In this document: positions 28,950 through 38,843 of the stretch, one piece after another
Position numbering within the stretch: the first letter of the stretch is position 1
Layout of the letters: each line of letters opens with the position of its first letter
Source: a virus
Length of the DNA stretch: 64,000 nt
Reading direction: 5' to 3' (one strand)
IMG/VR virus record: IMGVR_UViG_3300031949_000008
Span: 1 to 64,000 of that record
Position numbers and translations under genes: made by a program
Notes under the pieces: model-generated
Databases searched by the model: none
What the model saw: the letters and a program-made list of their open reading frames with translations, nothing else
Told to the model about the DNA's origin: nothing

Positions 28950-29966
28950 ATGAAAAAATCTTTACAGCCATCTAAAAATGAAAAAAGTAATAATGATATA
29001 CTAATATCTTCACTAAAAAATATTCTTAGCAGCGAAGATAATATATTTGATATGCCACATTATTTCCTTGATACAGGAAACTATGGTCTTAATTATATTA
29101 TTAGTGGTAAATTAGATGGTGGATATCATTCAGGTTTAGTCACAGAATTATTTGGTGACCCATCAACTGGTAAATCATTATTGATGATGAAAGCAGTAGC
29201 TGGAATTCAGGAACTAGGTGGAATAGCTATCGTCAATGATGTAGAACGTAGATGGGATTGGGACTTTGCTAAAACACATGGAGTAGTTGCTGAAGATGTT
29301 ATCAAAGCATATCCGCAGACAATTGAAGAATTGAGTACCCATACAGATAAATTGCTGGATGAAATAATAGAAAATGCTCCTAATGTCAAACTATTATTTA
29401 TATTTGATAGTGCGGCCTCGATCTCTACTGAATGGGAGATGGAAACTTTGGGTGCAAAGGAAGATCAAGGAAAGAGAGCAAAAGGTCTCAAAGCAATGAT
29501 GAGGGTTATACCAAAAAAGCTGGCAGAGACAGGTGCTATCATGATCGTTAGTAATCATCTTATTGCTGATAAAAGGATTACTTATGGCAATAATCAAGTG
29601 ACACCAGGAGGGAAAGGTATCACATTCCAAGCATCAGTGCGAGTTGAGATGCGTAAGCCTGAATTTATTGTATTAGAGGGTAAAGAACGTCCTATTGGTG
29701 CAACATTAAAAATGAAAGCTGTCAAAACAAGTGTGTGTCCTCCAATGGGAACAGTTGCTATTGATGTTCTATGGAATAAAGGTATTAATAAATATTCTGG
29801 ATTATTAGATATTGCTGTGGATTTAGATATTATTGAAAAAGCAGGTGCATGGTATAAATACAATGATAAGGCTTATCGTTCTACTGATATGATTAAGATT
29901 GTTACTGAAACAGATATACTTCAAGATGAACGATGGGCTAAACCATACTTCTTGGAGGAAATATGA
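28950..29966 (+). CDS. recA: RecA/UvsX recombinase
   Basis: GDPSTGKS, FDS, TPGGK, QASVRV, GAWY. Confidence 0.92.
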   Translation: MKKSLQPSKNEKSNNDILISSLKNILSSEDNIFDMPHYFLDTGNYGLNYIISGKLDGGYHSGLVTELFGDPSTGKSLLMMKAVAGIQELGGIAIVNDVERRWDWDFAKTHGVVAEDVIKAYPQTIEELSTHTDKLLDEIIENAPNVKLLFIFDSAASISTEWEMETLGAKEDQGKRAKGLKAMMRVIPKKLAETGAIMIVSNHLIADKRITYGNNQVTPGGKGITFQASVRVEMRKPEFIVLEGKERPIGATLKMKAVKTSVCPPMGTVAIDVLWNKGINKYSGLLDIAVDLDIIEKAGAWYKYNDKAYRSTDMIKIVTETDILQDERWAKPYFLEEI

Positions 29967-30160
29967 AACATTTAAAAAGATTAGGTGGTGGTTTTATACT
30001 ATTAATCTGTATGAGTGTTATATTGGCAATCTTTATTAGTATAATAGCAGGAATAGACTACTTGATACGTACCGGACAATGGCAGATTCCAACTATAATT
30101 ATTGGAATGATATGTGTATCTTATTTTTTAGGATGGCTTTCTAACGCTGAAAATATATGA
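29963..30160 (+). CDS. Small two-TM membrane protein
   Basis: Two hydrophobic segments. Confidence 0.6.
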   Translation: MKHLKRLGGGFILLICMSVILAIFISIIAGIDYLIRTGQWQIPTIIIGMICVSYFLGWLSNAENI

Positions 30161-30375
30161 AATCTAGACCTATAAATTATAAACGTTCCGTACTTAAAGG
30201 ACTTATATGGGAGTCCTTTTCTTTTATCATCTTGTTTTTCGCAGTTTATTTTGTATTTAAGGATGGAGCACCTAGGTCATTAGCATTTACCTTAATATTA
30301 ACTATGATTAAGGTGCCATTCTATGTAGGACATGAGAAAATCTGGAAATATATCAATTATGGTAAGAGGAAATAA
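30157..30375 (+). CDS. DUF2061-like membrane protein
   Basis: RSVLKGLIW...YVGHEKIW. Confidence 0.65.
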   Translation: MKSRPINYKRSVLKGLIWESFSFIILFFAVYFVFKDGAPRSLAFTLILTMIKVPFYVGHEKIWKYINYGKRK

Positions 30376-30792
30376 ATGAGAACTGCTCAACAAGAACGAG
30401 ATTTATATAAGAATAATCCTCAATTTAGAAAAAATAAATTAAAATCAGCTAAGAAATACAGAGAATCTCATAGAGAAAAAATGAACAAAATTGCGCAAAA
30501 TCACCGTCGTTATAAAAAGATTCTTTGGGAAATGATATTAACTGAATTAGGTTTAAATAAATGTTCTAAATGTGGCTATGATTTATGTATTGCAGCTTTA
30601 GATTTTCATCATGAGAATCCAGAAACAAAAGATTTTTCACTTGCTGAATTTAGACGGCAATCTCCAACTGCTAAAAATGTTAAGAAATTTAAAGAAGAAG
30701 CCCTTAAAGGTCAGGTTCTTTGTGCAAATTGTCATAGAGAACTACATTTTGGTAATCCTTATGTTCTTGCTTTTTTCCGATCTACATGCTGA
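30376..30792 (+). CDS. HNH endonuclease
   Basis: CSKCGY...ALDFHH...VLCANCHRELH. Confidence 0.85.
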   Translation: MRTAQQERDLYKNNPQFRKNKLKSAKKYRESHREKMNKIAQNHRRYKKILWEMILTELGLNKCSKCGYDLCIAALDFHHENPETKDFSLAEFRRQSPTAKNVKKFKEEALKGQVLCANCHRELHFGNPYVLAFFRSTC

Positions 30793-31744
30793 TAATTATA
30801 GACTATTTTCGACCATTCTTGAGAATGGACTAAATAGTAGATTAGTGGCACAAACTAAAATAATTAATCAAGTTAAATTAATTGCCAGAAAATATAAAGT
30901 AACACAAATATTCTTTTTGGGTGATCTCTTTAACAATCAAAGCCCTAATATTAATAAGATATTATATAATGTGTTATTTTTTATGATACAATCATTGGCA
31001 GAAGTTGTACCTATTTGTTTACTTACCGGCAACCATGATTTGTTCAACAACACTCATTTGTTTACTCCATTTTCTTCTATCCCAAATGTAACTATAATCA
31101 ATAATGTTACAACTATACAACTAGATGGGAAAACTATAGATCTTATTCCATGGGTCTTAAACGACCCAGGACACTTACCAGTTAAGAAATCTGATTATTG
31201 TTTCGCTCATTTCGGTATTCAAGGTGCAGATATAGGTAATAATTTTGTTATAGAAGAAGCTATTGATCCTGTGACATTAAAAGATTATAAGTTAGTGTTA
31301 GCTGGTCATTTTCACACCAGACAACAAGTAGCTGATAATGCTTATCAAATAGGTTCTATTATGGCAAATTCATTTAAAGATTATTTACATGAAGATAAAG
31401 GTGTATGGATATTAGATCCTACTGATGATAAATTAACATTTATACCAATAGCATCTCCTAAATTCCATACACTTGAATTCTTTAAACAAGAACAGATAGA
31501 TACATTTAAATTTAATCCGAATGATTATTATCGAGTTATATTAAAAAGTGATAATTTGCTTATCCATAATGCCAATAATGTAATTACAGAGTTCGATTAT
31601 GATCAGGCCATAATAGAAGATATAGTAGATACGTCAGACATAACCAATTTGCTGCCGATCATAAGTGAGTTTATAGAAAAGAGTAATACATCACTTCCGA
31701 AAGATATTCTTATTAAAAAAGCAATTGAATTATTGGAGGTTTAA
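30761..31744 (+). CDS. sbcD: SbcD/Mre11-like metallophosphoesterase nuclease
   Basis: SDLH, GDLF, GNHD, AH, GHFH motifs; ATG at 30761. Confidence 0.88.
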   Translation: MFLLFSDLHADNYRLFSTILENGLNSRLVAQTKIINQVKLIARKYKVTQIFFLGDLFNNQSPNINKILYNVLFFMIQSLAEVVPICLLTGNHDLFNNTHLFTPFSSIPNVTIINNVTTIQLDGKTIDLIPWVLNDPGHLPVKKSDYCFAHFGIQGADIGNNFVIEEAIDPVTLKDYKLVLAGHFHTRQQVADNAYQIGSIMANSFKDYLHEDKGVWILDPTDDKLTFIPIASPKFHTLEFFKQEQIDTFKFNPNDYYRVILKSDNLLIHNANNVITEFDYDQAIIEDIVDTSDITNLLPIISEFIEKSNTSLPKDILIKKAIELLEV

Positions 31745-31932
31745 TGCCATTAGAAATATTGGAGAATCCAAAACGGACAGATCATGATAAAGAATATAAA
31801 GATGCACATCTTATTAACGAATTAAATAGACTATATGATAATACAAGATTACAACAAGTAAATATATATAATTATAGACCTGTTTATACATTCTGGTATT
31901 TGGGTGGCACTAATGGGACTACTGCTGTATGA
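31744..31932 (+). CDS. Leader-family protein (copy 8, MPLEILENP)
   Basis: GGAGG RBS; lies between sbcD and sbcC. Confidence 0.7.
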   Translation: MPLEILENPKRTDHDKEYKDAHLINELNRLYDNTRLQQVNIYNYRPVYTFWYLGGTNGTTAV

Positions 31933-33752
31933 ACTTTAAACTAAAATCATTAGAATTATATAACTTTATGTCCTTTGCTGAATGTAAGATTGATTTCGCT
32001 AGTAAAGGATTATATCTTATAAGCGGCTTTAATAACAAAGGCGGAGACTCAAATGGAGCAGGAAAATCAGCAATTTTATCTGGTATTCTCTGGACATTAT
32101 TTGGAAAAACGCAATCTGGATTAGCAGGAAAAGATGTCGTCAGATGGGGAGAGCGTAGTTGTCAAGGTATCCTTTCCATATCAGATGAATATAGAAGATA
32201 TGAAACTGCTAAAACTTATAAAATTATTCGATCTACTGATTCTTTGGAATTTTTTATTAATGATAAATCACAAATAGGACATAAGAAAGATATTCAGGAG
32301 TTAATTAATAAAACCTTTGGTATTGATTATAGTTTATTTCTAACATTCAATATCTTCACTAAAGCATGGTCTAAGTTTATCACAGAAGTAGGTGATGCTG
32401 ATCGTAAGAAGCTATTTAAATCTATATTGATGTTAGACCAATTAGATGATGCATATAAGAAATCTAAAGAAATATATGCTAATCTTTCTGTACAAGCAAA
32501 TAAAACAGAAGGAATATTAAAACAGTTAGAGACCACTCTACCTGAATTGGAAGAATTATTAAAGAAGAATATTGAGCTTGCTGAAAATGAGGAGAGGATT
32601 AAACAGGAAGCTGTAAAAGCATTAGAAGAACAAAAAGAAGCCCTTAAACCAGACAATATAAATTATATTGATGATATTCTAAAATTAGAAGGCAGCATCA
32701 AAGAAATTTCAGAACAGAAACTACATGAACATATAGGATATTTTAACATACAACTTACAAATATATCTAATCTAATTTTTAATGATAAAGCTACTATCTC
32801 GGAAATGGAAAGTCAATTAAAGAAAATGGCCACTATAGGTGCTGAATGTCCTACATGCGGCCAGAAAATTATTGCTAAAAATCGACAAATACATACACGG
32901 CATCTTCAAATTATGAGAGATGAACATGTAGAATCATTGAAAACTAATGAAACAATTCGTGAGAATATTGAGAAAGAAATATTTAGTGCTGATGAATTAT
33001 TGAATGAAATGAAGGCTTTAGAAGATAGTAGAACAGCTTTGGAACGCAAACAATGGGAACAGGATTTAAAGATTAAGAAGTTTGAAGAATATTGTGCTAT
33101 GATGGAGCATTCTATGCAGCATATGCCTAATTCAAACTATTCACAACTTATTGATATGACTACAAATAAAATAGATAAAATTAAGGCCAGTATAATATAT
33201 AATCAAGATTTATTTCAGAATTATATGAAGGAGATCGACTACTTCAGTTATTTATCCTGGTTATACTCTCGCCAAGGTGTTATTAATTTAATAATAGAAA
33301 AATGCTTTGCTCGTCTAAAATCCTTAACTAATAGAAATTTAAGAAAAATATGTGCTGAAGGATTTAGAATTGATATATCACCACAGAAAGCATTGAAATC
33401 TGGCGAATATAAAGAAGAGATAGATATTTATATTTGGGACGGCACACAGAAGATCCCCTATGCCGCATTGTCTGCAGGACAAGCACAAAGAGTTAATATT
33501 GCTATGTTATGTGCATTATATGAATGGGGAAAAGAGATTGGCGCTAATACATTCTCTTGTTTATTTCTAGATGAAGTATTAGATCTATCATTAGCAGAAC
33601 GTGGACAGGAAGATGTACTTAATCTTATAATTGATCTTAAATCTAAGATACAACATATAATACTTATAACACATAAAGAAAATTTACAATCGAGATGGGA
33701 TCGACAAATTCAAATAATTAGAGGGGAAGATGGAATCAGTAAAGCAACCTAA
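31929..33752 (+). CDS. sbcC: SbcC/Rad50-like ATPase
   Basis: SNGAGKS, coiled coil with CPTCG hook, LSAGQ, LDE, ITH. Confidence 0.9.
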   Translation: MNFKLKSLELYNFMSFAECKIDFASKGLYLISGFNNKGGDSNGAGKSAILSGILWTLFGKTQSGLAGKDVVRWGERSCQGILSISDEYRRYETAKTYKIIRSTDSLEFFINDKSQIGHKKDIQELINKTFGIDYSLFLTFNIFTKAWSKFITEVGDADRKKLFKSILMLDQLDDAYKKSKEIYANLSVQANKTEGILKQLETTLPELEELLKKNIELAENEERIKQEAVKALEEQKEALKPDNINYIDDILKLEGSIKEISEQKLHEHIGYFNIQLTNISNLIFNDKATISEMESQLKKMATIGAECPTCGQKIIAKNRQIHTRHLQIMRDEHVESLKTNETIRENIEKEIFSADELLNEMKALEDSRTALERKQWEQDLKIKKFEEYCAMMEHSMQHMPNSNYSQLIDMTTNKIDKIKASIIYNQDLFQNYMKEIDYFSYLSWLYSRQGVINLIIEKCFARLKSLTNRNLRKICAEGFRIDISPQKALKSGEYKEEIDIYIWDGTQKIPYAALSAGQAQRVNIAMLCALYEWGKEIGANTFSCLFLDEVLDLSLAERGQEDVLNLIIDLKSKIQHIILITHKENLQSRWDRQIQIIRGEDGISKAT

Positions 33753-33945
33753 ATGTTATTATTGTCTCTCTTGGAAATTATTAACTGAAGATGGTGAAAC
33801 AGGTTGGTGTAAGATTAAAGATACTTGGACAAACTGGAAGAGTTTATGTAAAGATTATGAAATAGACCCTATCTGTTTAAAATATAGAAAAGAGAAACTA
33901 GATCCAGTGATAGATCCGAAATCTGGAGCCTATCAAGATGTATAA
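33730..33945 (+). CDS. Small Cys-rich protein
   Basis: ORF track; last + strand gene. Confidence 0.55.
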   Translation: MESVKQPKCYYCLSWKLLTEDGETGWCKIKDTWTNWKSLCKDYEIDPICLKYRKEKLDPVIDPKSGAYQDV

Positions 33946-33946
33946 C

Positions 33947-34282
33947 TCATTCACGCAATAGCCCAGCAGAACGAAGAGCACCTGTAAATATTCTACTAAA
34001 GGGGTCTACTATCATTTCTTCTAGATTACCTAATTCATCTAAAAAGTTTGCTGGTATAATTACATCCAATGTTCCATGTGTCAATTCATGTATAATAACC
34101 TGAATTTCTTCTGAAGGAGACATATTATGTTCAAGTTCTAGTATTCTTTTATCAAAATTTATAGATCCCCTAGCGGCTATTTTCTTACCTATTATTATTC
34201 TCGGTCTATAGATTACTTTATATACAATACCACCAATTTCAATAGTCTTACCTTCCAATAATCCTTTACGTTTTTTAGCCAT
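33947..34282 (-). CDS. Putative zincin metallopeptidase (HELTH)
   Basis: HExxH motif followed by EE. Confidence 0.6.
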   Translation of the reverse strand: MAKKRKGLLEGKTIEIGGIVYKVIYRPRIIIGKKIAARGSINFDKRILELEHNMSPSEEIQVIIHELTHGTLDVIIPANFLDELGNLEEMIVDPFSRIFTGALRSAGLLRE

Positions 34283-34300
34283 TAGTACCTTTCATATAGA

Positions 34301-34326
34301 AGAAAAAGAAGCCCCCGAAGGGGCTT
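34301..34326 (-). terminator. Rho-independent terminator
   Basis: Minus strand AAGCCCC-TTCG-GGGGCTT followed by CTTTTTCT. Confidence 0.9.
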
Positions 34327-34334
34327 GCATAGGG

Positions 34335-34472
34335 TTATATTTTATCTACAGCCTTCTGTGCTGCATCTTTTGCCTTTATAAGTATCTTACTTTTAATCTT
34401 CCATAGGTATACAACACCCGCTCCAACTACACTTCCAACAATAAAACCAACGACTAGTCCAACCCAAAACAT
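34335..34472 (-). CDS. Small membrane protein in lysis cassette (45 aa)
   Basis: Manually translated MFWVGLVVGFIVG...; GGAGG RBS. Confidence 0.65.
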   Translation of the reverse strand: MFWVGLVVGFIVGSVVGAGVVYLWKIKSKILIKAKDAAQKAVDKI

Positions 34473-34487
34473 ATCAATCACCTCCTA

Positions 34488-34952
34488 TTAAGAATTAGTT
34501 CCTTGCTTTTTATCATAACTACGCATTGTACCTACTCCTAACATTCCAATCAATAATGTTACTAATACGGCCACATCTAAAGTTGGAGGTTGAACTATAT
34601 TAGCTAATTTAGCTATCCATACCCATATAGGATATATAAATGTACTCCATGCTAATCCAGTAACACATAACCATCCAGTAGCTGGTCGCCAAGCATTAAA
34701 AAATCCTGGTTTTACTGCTTCTATTTTATTTATTTCTATTTGGGCTATTTGAATTGATTGATCTATTTCTTTTATTTTTAATTCAAGAGCCAGAGCTTGT
34801 GCCTCAAGTTCAGCTGCTTTATTAGGATCTAATATTTTTTTACCAGTAATCACTTCTCTTACACTAGTAAGAAAACCACCAAATCCAGTAAATATACTAC
34901 CAGCATTAGAAAGAATGTCTTTTAAATCAACATTAACTATTCCTGCTCCCAT
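34488..34952 (-). CDS. Holin (3TM/GTA-holin family)
   Basis: WRPATGW motif, TM helices, C-terminal RSYDK. Confidence 0.85.
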   Translation of the reverse strand: MGAGIVNVDLKDILSNAGSIFTGFGGFLTSVREVITGKKILDPNKAAELEAQALALELKIKEIDQSIQIAQIEINKIEAVKPGFFNAWRPATGWLCVTGLAWSTFIYPIWVWIAKLANIVQPPTLDVAVLVTLLIGMLGVGTMRSYDKKQGTNS

Positions 34953-34964
34953 CTAAATCACCTC

Positions 34965-35363
34965 CTAGACAGTTTTAATAGTAAGTTCAAATTCATTTAT
35001 ATCCTTAAGTCTATTAAGAAATTCCTCAAAAGCTATGCCACTAGCTAGTACTGCTATATTTGTATCTAAATAACCATATTGCTCTCCTACTATTATACAA
35101 CCATGACTATCATCATCAATATTTCCTTTATGAAATAAAATAGCAGTACGTTCTGGAACATGTGTGACTTCAAATGTATTACCATGCTTAGTAAATTGTC
35201 CTCTTTTACAAATGTAAAATCCATCTGGAATACAACTAATACCAGATTGATTATTAAGCCAAGGTCTTTCAACAGTAAGACAAAATGGAATAGTATCGTC
35301 TATTAACACTCCGAATGTACCATCTATATTAGATGCTATTCTTTTTAAAATAAAATTTTTCAT
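34965..35363 (-). CDS. DUF5675-family putative endolysin
   Basis: TVERPW..N, SCIP.G.Y, ILFHKGN...SHGCIIVG; next to the holin. Confidence 0.8.
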   Translation of the reverse strand: MKNFILKRIASNIDGTFGVLIDDTIPFCLTVERPWLNNQSGISCIPDGFYICKRGQFTKHGNTFEVTHVPERTAILFHKGNIDDDSHGCIIVGEQYGYLDTNIAVLASGIAFEEFLNRLKDINEFELTIKTV

Positions 35364-36502
35364 GATTTAATGCCTTCCTTTATAGTATTACATATCATTT
35401 CAACATCTTCTAATGTTAGATCCAAATGTAATGGCAAACTAATACAGGAATTAAAAAATTCTCTTGCATTTTTACATCCAGCATCTGTCTCAGATTTTCG
35501 ATACATTGGATAATCTATAGATAACCTATAGTGACATCCAGTATGGATGTCTTTTCTATATAAATAATCCATAATATAAGTTTTCATTTTAGCAGGAGCT
35601 TTTATTACCATTAGATGATTAGAAGATTTTCTATTCTCAAATATCTTTAATAGTTCCACTTCTTCTATATTACTCAATAATTCTCGATATTTATCTACAA
35701 GTATCTGACGATAGGCTTTATCTTCTTCATAATGTTGTAGTTGTCCTAAACCAATTGCTGCTTGAATATCATTCATATGTGCTTTATACCCTACTAATTC
35801 CATATCATAATCCCACTTATAACCTTCCTGTGTAGTTCTATTTGTTGTATCCTTATTTATTCCACACCATCTCATTCGGCGAGCAAATTCATTAATTGCA
35901 GGATCATATGTTGTGATTAAACCACCATCACCAATGGCTAATGGCTTAACAGAATGAAAACTAAAACATACTAATTTAGAATGTAGACAACCAATCTTTT
36001 CATTCTGATATTCTGCACCGAAGGCATGTGCTGCATCTTCTATTACGTCTATATTATATTTTGTAGATAATTCATAGATAGCATCTAAATCTACAGGCAT
36101 ACCAGCATAATGCACAGCCATAATTCCTTTAACTCGTGATCCAATAAATGAATCCTTTAGAAATCGTTCTATAGATTCAGGATCAATATTACCTGTATCT
36201 GACTCAACATCACAAAATATTGGATAATATCCTGCCTGCAATATTGAATGATTAGTAGAAATAAAGGTAAGTGGTGTAGTTAAAATAAAACTTCCGTGTG
36301 GAGCATGTAATGACATTAGAGCAATTTGTAGAGCTGCAGTGCCTGAATTCAAAGCAATCGTATAAGGTGTATTAAGATATTTAGCCACAGCCTTCTCAAA
36401 CTCTTCAACTTTTGGCCCCAATCCAGTCCAACCTGAGCGTAAAACTTGTGTGATATTATCTATACTTTCTTGATAAACTTTATGTCTTAATAATTGGATC
36501 AT
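35360..36502 (-). CDS. DegT/DnrJ/EryC1/StrS sugar aminotransferase
   Basis: NSGTAAL, VHYAG, IEDAAHA, FSFHSVK (PLP Lys), GDGG; start at 36502 with GGAG RBS. Confidence 0.93.
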   Translation of the reverse strand: MIQLLRHKVYQESIDNITQVLRSGWTGLGPKVEEFEKAVAKYLNTPYTIALNSGTAALQIALMSLHAPHGSFILTTPLTFISTNHSILQAGYYPIFCDVESDTGNIDPESIERFLKDSFIGSRVKGIMAVHYAGMPVDLDAIYELSTKYNIDVIEDAAHAFGAEYQNEKIGCLHSKLVCFSFHSVKPLAIGDGGLITTYDPAINEFARRMRWCGINKDTTNRTTQEGYKWDYDMELVGYKAHMNDIQAAIGLGQLQHYEEDKAYRQILVDKYRELLSNIEEVELLKIFENRKSSNHLMVIKAPAKMKTYIMDYLYRKDIHTGCHYRLSIDYPMYRKSETDAGCKNAREFFNSCISLPLHLDLTLEDVEMICNTIKEGIKS

Positions 36503-36971
36503 GATATCTTCTCCGATTTTCTCGATGACATGTCCTACAAAGTCTACATGTTTTTCCATTTGTCTTTATTTGTGTATATGTATTTTCCTTAGTATATTCA
36601 TGTCCTTTGGGGCAATGAGTTTTATTCCGATTATAAGAATGTCTTCCAGGTCTCTTTTTCCAGCGCTCTATTACATCTTTAATTTGTCCTTGTCTTCGTG
36701 GTGACATTAATGAATATAAAGTCATCATCCATTGTATTGCTTTATTACAGGACAAGGAATAATAATATATACTGCGGTTATCTGAATACTGTATACTTCC
36801 TGCTTTAATAATAGATAGTACTTTATCTAATGGCCATCGTTGTTTTTGATTAGCTACAAGTCTAGGATCTCTATCTTCTTCGCTCTTCCCCTTCTTTGTC
36901 ATTATAAATGAACCTTCTCCTTCTAGAAATCCTGCTAACCAGCTAAAATCCTTTACAGTAATTTCTGACAT
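36480..36971 (-). CDS. Free-standing LAGLIDADG homing endonuclease with C-terminal Zn-finger
   Basis: WLAGFLEGEGSF; KTHCPKGH...CRTC. Confidence 0.82.
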   Translation of the reverse strand: MSEITVKDFSWLAGFLEGEGSFIMTKKGKSEEDRDPRLVANQKQRWPLDKVLSIIKAGSIQYSDNRSIYYYSLSCNKAIQWMMTLYSLMSPRRQGQIKDVIERWKKRPGRHSYNRNKTHCPKGHEYTKENTYTQIKTNGKTCRLCRTCHRENRRRYHDPIIKT

Positions 36972-37261
36972 ACTTCTTCCAAAGTTCTTCCTAAATCATC
37001 CACGTAATAATGCGCGTAGACCTTCCCCATTACCAATTGAGAGTATTTAACATTATTTTTCTTCAGCCATTTTTCAGTCATATCATATAGAAACCAACCT
37101 CTAGCTGTATGAATTATAATTCTATGTCCTTGATCAAATAATTTATTTATTTTATCAATATTCTCTGTTATAGGTTGAGCAAATTCATACCTATCTGGTG
37201 ATATAGGTTTAGCTAAAATACCATCTAAATCTATAGCTAAAATCCAGGGTTTATGCGACAT
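36953..37261 (-). CDS. HAD phosphatase, capsule-biosynthesis type
   Basis: DLDG, HTARG, MGK, YVDD. Confidence 0.82.
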   Translation of the reverse strand: MSHKPWILAIDLDGILAKPISPDRYEFAQPITENIDKINKLFDQGHRIIIHTARGWFLYDMTEKWLKKNNVKYSQLVMGKVYAHYYVDDLGRTLEEVCQKLL

Positions 37262-37805
37262 TAGTATTTTGTCCTTCATATGAATCTGACATATCATCAT
37301 AAGATTCAATTTTTATTGGTGCATTCCAATTAATATCATTATTAATTTTTTCCATAATAAGAATTGGACGTGTTAACATTTTAAATCCAGATCTATTATA
37401 AATAGCTATAGCATCTTTATTATCTTCAAAAACTTCTACACGAATTTTAAATAAACACATAGAATTGAAAGCTAAATCCAGCATACTTTTCACTGCTTCT
37501 TCTGCATATCCATTTCCTCTATATTCATCTAATAAAAGCACACGACCTAATATCGCTATTCGTTTTCCGATGTCTATATTATAAAGAGCAATTGTACCAA
37601 TACTTTGTCCAGATTTTAATCTAATAATAAACATCTGATCTGTTTTACAATCTTGATATTTTTCATACCATACTCGCTGCTGCTCTTTAGAAATTTCTCC
37701 TGTGTCAAAAAATTTATCTTTATTCTTATTCCTTGTCTCTCTCAACCACTCAATATCCTTCGCATTAATAGGCCATAAAATTAATCTTTCTGATTTAAGT
37801 AGCAT
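37251..37805 (-). CDS. GNAT N-acetyltransferase (PseH/RimJ-like)
   Basis: YRGNGYA, N..AI..Y...GF. Confidence 0.85.
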   Translation of the reverse strand: MLLKSERLILWPINAKDIEWLRETRNKNKDKFFDTGEISKEQQRVWYEKYQDCKTDQMFIIRLKSGQSIGTIALYNIDIGKRIAILGRVLLLDEYRGNGYAEEAVKSMLDLAFNSMCLFKIRVEVFEDNKDAIAIYNRSGFKMLTRPILIMEKINNDINWNAPIKIESYDDMSDSYEGQNTNVA

Positions 37806-38682
37806 TTAATATCTCCTTCCAGGTTTTTCCAATAGTCTCAATTGAATATCTATCTATTACATCCTTCCTTGCTTGTTCTGATATTCTAAATCTTAACGAA
37901 TAATTTTTTAGCAATTCTAAATACATCGCAAATTCTTCTTTAGTATTATTAAAACAAATAAATCCATTTTTCCCTTGACGAACAATAGATATATAAGCTG
38001 GAATAGGGCTAGCAATAACAGGCACACATAATATCATTGATTGTGTAATTCGATTATTTCCTTTAGCTAATTCATATTCTGGTAACTCTCCTAGAAATGG
38101 TATTAACATCACATCTGCATCCATCCAATCTGCCCATACGGTCTTTAAATCCCATAATTTGGTAGCTTTTGATGTAGCACTGATTGTAATGTATTTATAT
38201 CCAATGCTTTCTACTAATGGACGTATTTCTTCTGCCTGTGGGAAATGTAATAACGTACCAATCCATATTGCAGTTAGAGGTTCTGTAGGTGTATAACATA
38301 ATTTTCTAAGATGTCTAGGAGTTTCATAAGCATCTAAAAGTACATAAGATTTTTTAATATAAGATTTAAAATAATCCTGAATATATTCAGAACCAAATAA
38401 TGCTACATCTATGACTTGTAAAGCAGGAATTGCTTCTGTATATAAATCATCTAATATATAATATGTTTTAATATTATGTTCTTTATATATTTTAATAATA
38501 TCTGTAATTCGATTATCAATAATTTTTTGAAATATTATTGCATCTAATGTTAAATCTATTTCTGGAAATTGTAATATTGTAGAATTTATATTATGTTCAT
38601 TAAACCAATTATGAACTTGATAGCCCATTATACGACTTGAGGCCGTATTCATATCACCATTCATATACCAACCTATGTTCAT
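37795..38682 (-). CDS. Glycosyltransferase (GT-B/GT4-like)
   Basis: ASSR, DD, KGNNR, PVIASP, NGF. Confidence 0.78.
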   Translation of the reverse strand: MNIGWYMNGDMNTASSRIMGYQVHNWFNEHNINSTILQFPEIDLTLDAIIFQKIIDNRITDIIKIYKEHNIKTYYILDDLYTEAIPALQVIDVALFGSEYIQDYFKSYIKKSYVLLDAYETPRHLRKLCYTPTEPLTAIWIGTLLHFPQAEEIRPLVESIGYKYITISATSKATKLWDLKTVWADWMDADVMLIPFLGELPEYELAKGNNRITQSMILCVPVIASPIPAYISIVRQGKNGFICFNNTKEEFAMYLELLKNYSLRFRISEQARKDVIDRYSIETIGKTWKEILNAT

Positions 38683-38684
38683 AG

Positions 38685-38843
38685 TTAATCCTTAATTACT
38701 CTTAATATATCACAAGGTTTGCCACACTTACTACATTCAAAAGAACATGTACCAATAGTTTGTTTAGTTGGATCATCTCCTATAAAATCAGGAAGATCTG
38801 AAAATATCATTTTAACTTCTGCATTACAACATTTACTCTTCAT
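38685..38843 (-). CDS. Small Zn-ribbon protein (52 aa)
   Basis: Manually translated MKSKCCNA...CSKCGKPC. Confidence 0.55.
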   Translation of the reverse strand: MKSKCCNAEVKMIFSDLPDFIGDDPTKQTIGTCSFECSKCGKPCDILRVIKD

